DNA of 64,000 bases from Amoeboaphelidium protococcarum X5. Taxonomy: Eukaryota > Fungi > Aphelidiomycota. The stretch lies in the NCBI GenBank assembly GCA_023515725.1, contig JALDTO010000009.1:20942-84941 (forward strand), given 5' to 3'. Of the stretch, positions 63,477 through 64,000 are shown in pieces. Position numbers and translations under genes: made by a program. How positions within the stretch are numbered: the first letter of the stretch is position 1; each line of letters begins with the position of its first letter. The notes under the pieces are model-generated. The model worked only from the letters and a program-made list of their open reading frames with translations, was not told where the DNA came from and did not search any database.

Positions 63477-64000
63477 TCACTCATAGACTTTAATATTATC
63501 GCCAAGCTTCTATTCCAACTTTTTAAATTCCTCGTCAGCTTCATCATCAACCTGATCTACTCTGGTCACCTGTGGAATGTAATACTTGAGCATAGATTCA
63601 ACACCTCCCTTGAGCGTAGTGACTGAAGACGAACATCCACGACATGAACCTTTCAGAATCACCTTGAGAACGCCATCATGTTCATTGAAAGAGTCAAACA
63701 CGATATCGCCACCATCTTGATGTATCAATGGCCTAATTCTTGTATCTAACAGTGTCTTTATGGCAATTACAACCTCAGAATCTGGCTCTGATTAAGAAGA
63801 TGAAGTGGAATGGTCGCCGCCATCACCAGCATTACGCGTAGACCACGATTGAACATCTTCAACTGTAAAGACACTTTACTCCGCGGCTTGACTCTCAGTA
63901 TTGTCATTATCCTTATTACCACCGACACCTTGATCATCTTTAAAATAATTCATAAGTACGCCGTATATGTCCGGCTTCACAATGGGCCACATTGTCTCGT
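63477..64000 (-). CDS. NFU1: Mitochondrial Fe-S scaffold Nfu1 (partial, 5' end beyond window)
   Basis: WPIVKPDIYGVLMNY...IKTLLDTRIRPLIHQDGGDI...LKGSCRGCSSSVTTLKGGVESMLKYYIPQV. Confidence 0.93.

Noticed and set aside
1-64000. Mass pseudogenisation or sequencing error as the cause of in-frame stops
   Set aside because: Interruptions in host genes are only TAA/TAG, never TGA or frameshifts, and they fall on conserved Gln sites.

Overview
Gene-dense eukaryotic nuclear DNA (about 37 protein genes in 64 kb) from a fungus-related opisthokont. It uses a non-standard code: TAA and TAG encode Gln and TGA is the only stop (NCBI table 6-like). The supplied ORF track is therefore fragmented. Re-read by hand with TAR=Gln, the fragments join into complete ATG-to-TGA genes, including cyclin H, VMA10, an ATRIP-like protein, ATP12, MZM1, uL2m, GrpE, mitochondrial PheRS, Cyc8, CYFIP, MAEA/Fyv10, a SET3-like protein, NBP35, an M1 aminopeptidase, CWF19L1, trypsin, telomerase TERT, VPS15, NSA1, asparaginase, COX11, EFR3, SCAI and NFU1. 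The code, the fungal-like gene set and the WAVE subunit CYFIP fit an aphelid such as Amoeboaphelidium protococcarum, where TAR=Gln is known; the organism call is inference. Three further observations stand out. (1) All 15 introns I could place end in TGTAG, and a Slt11/RBM22 gene is cut down to its N-terminal Zn domain. (2) Two ~2 kb gene-free islands (~29.9-32.0 kb, ~41.9-44.0 kb) are mosaics of short transposon fragments (Ty3/Gypsy RT, RNase H, Gag knuckle, integrase; KDZ transposase) broken by short insertions, in mixed orientation in the first island, where one insert is flanked by a 12-bp direct repeat. (3) Several conserved proteins (Gos1, EFR3) appear truncated. Coordinates were derived by hand and gene calls come from motif recognition, not database searches.
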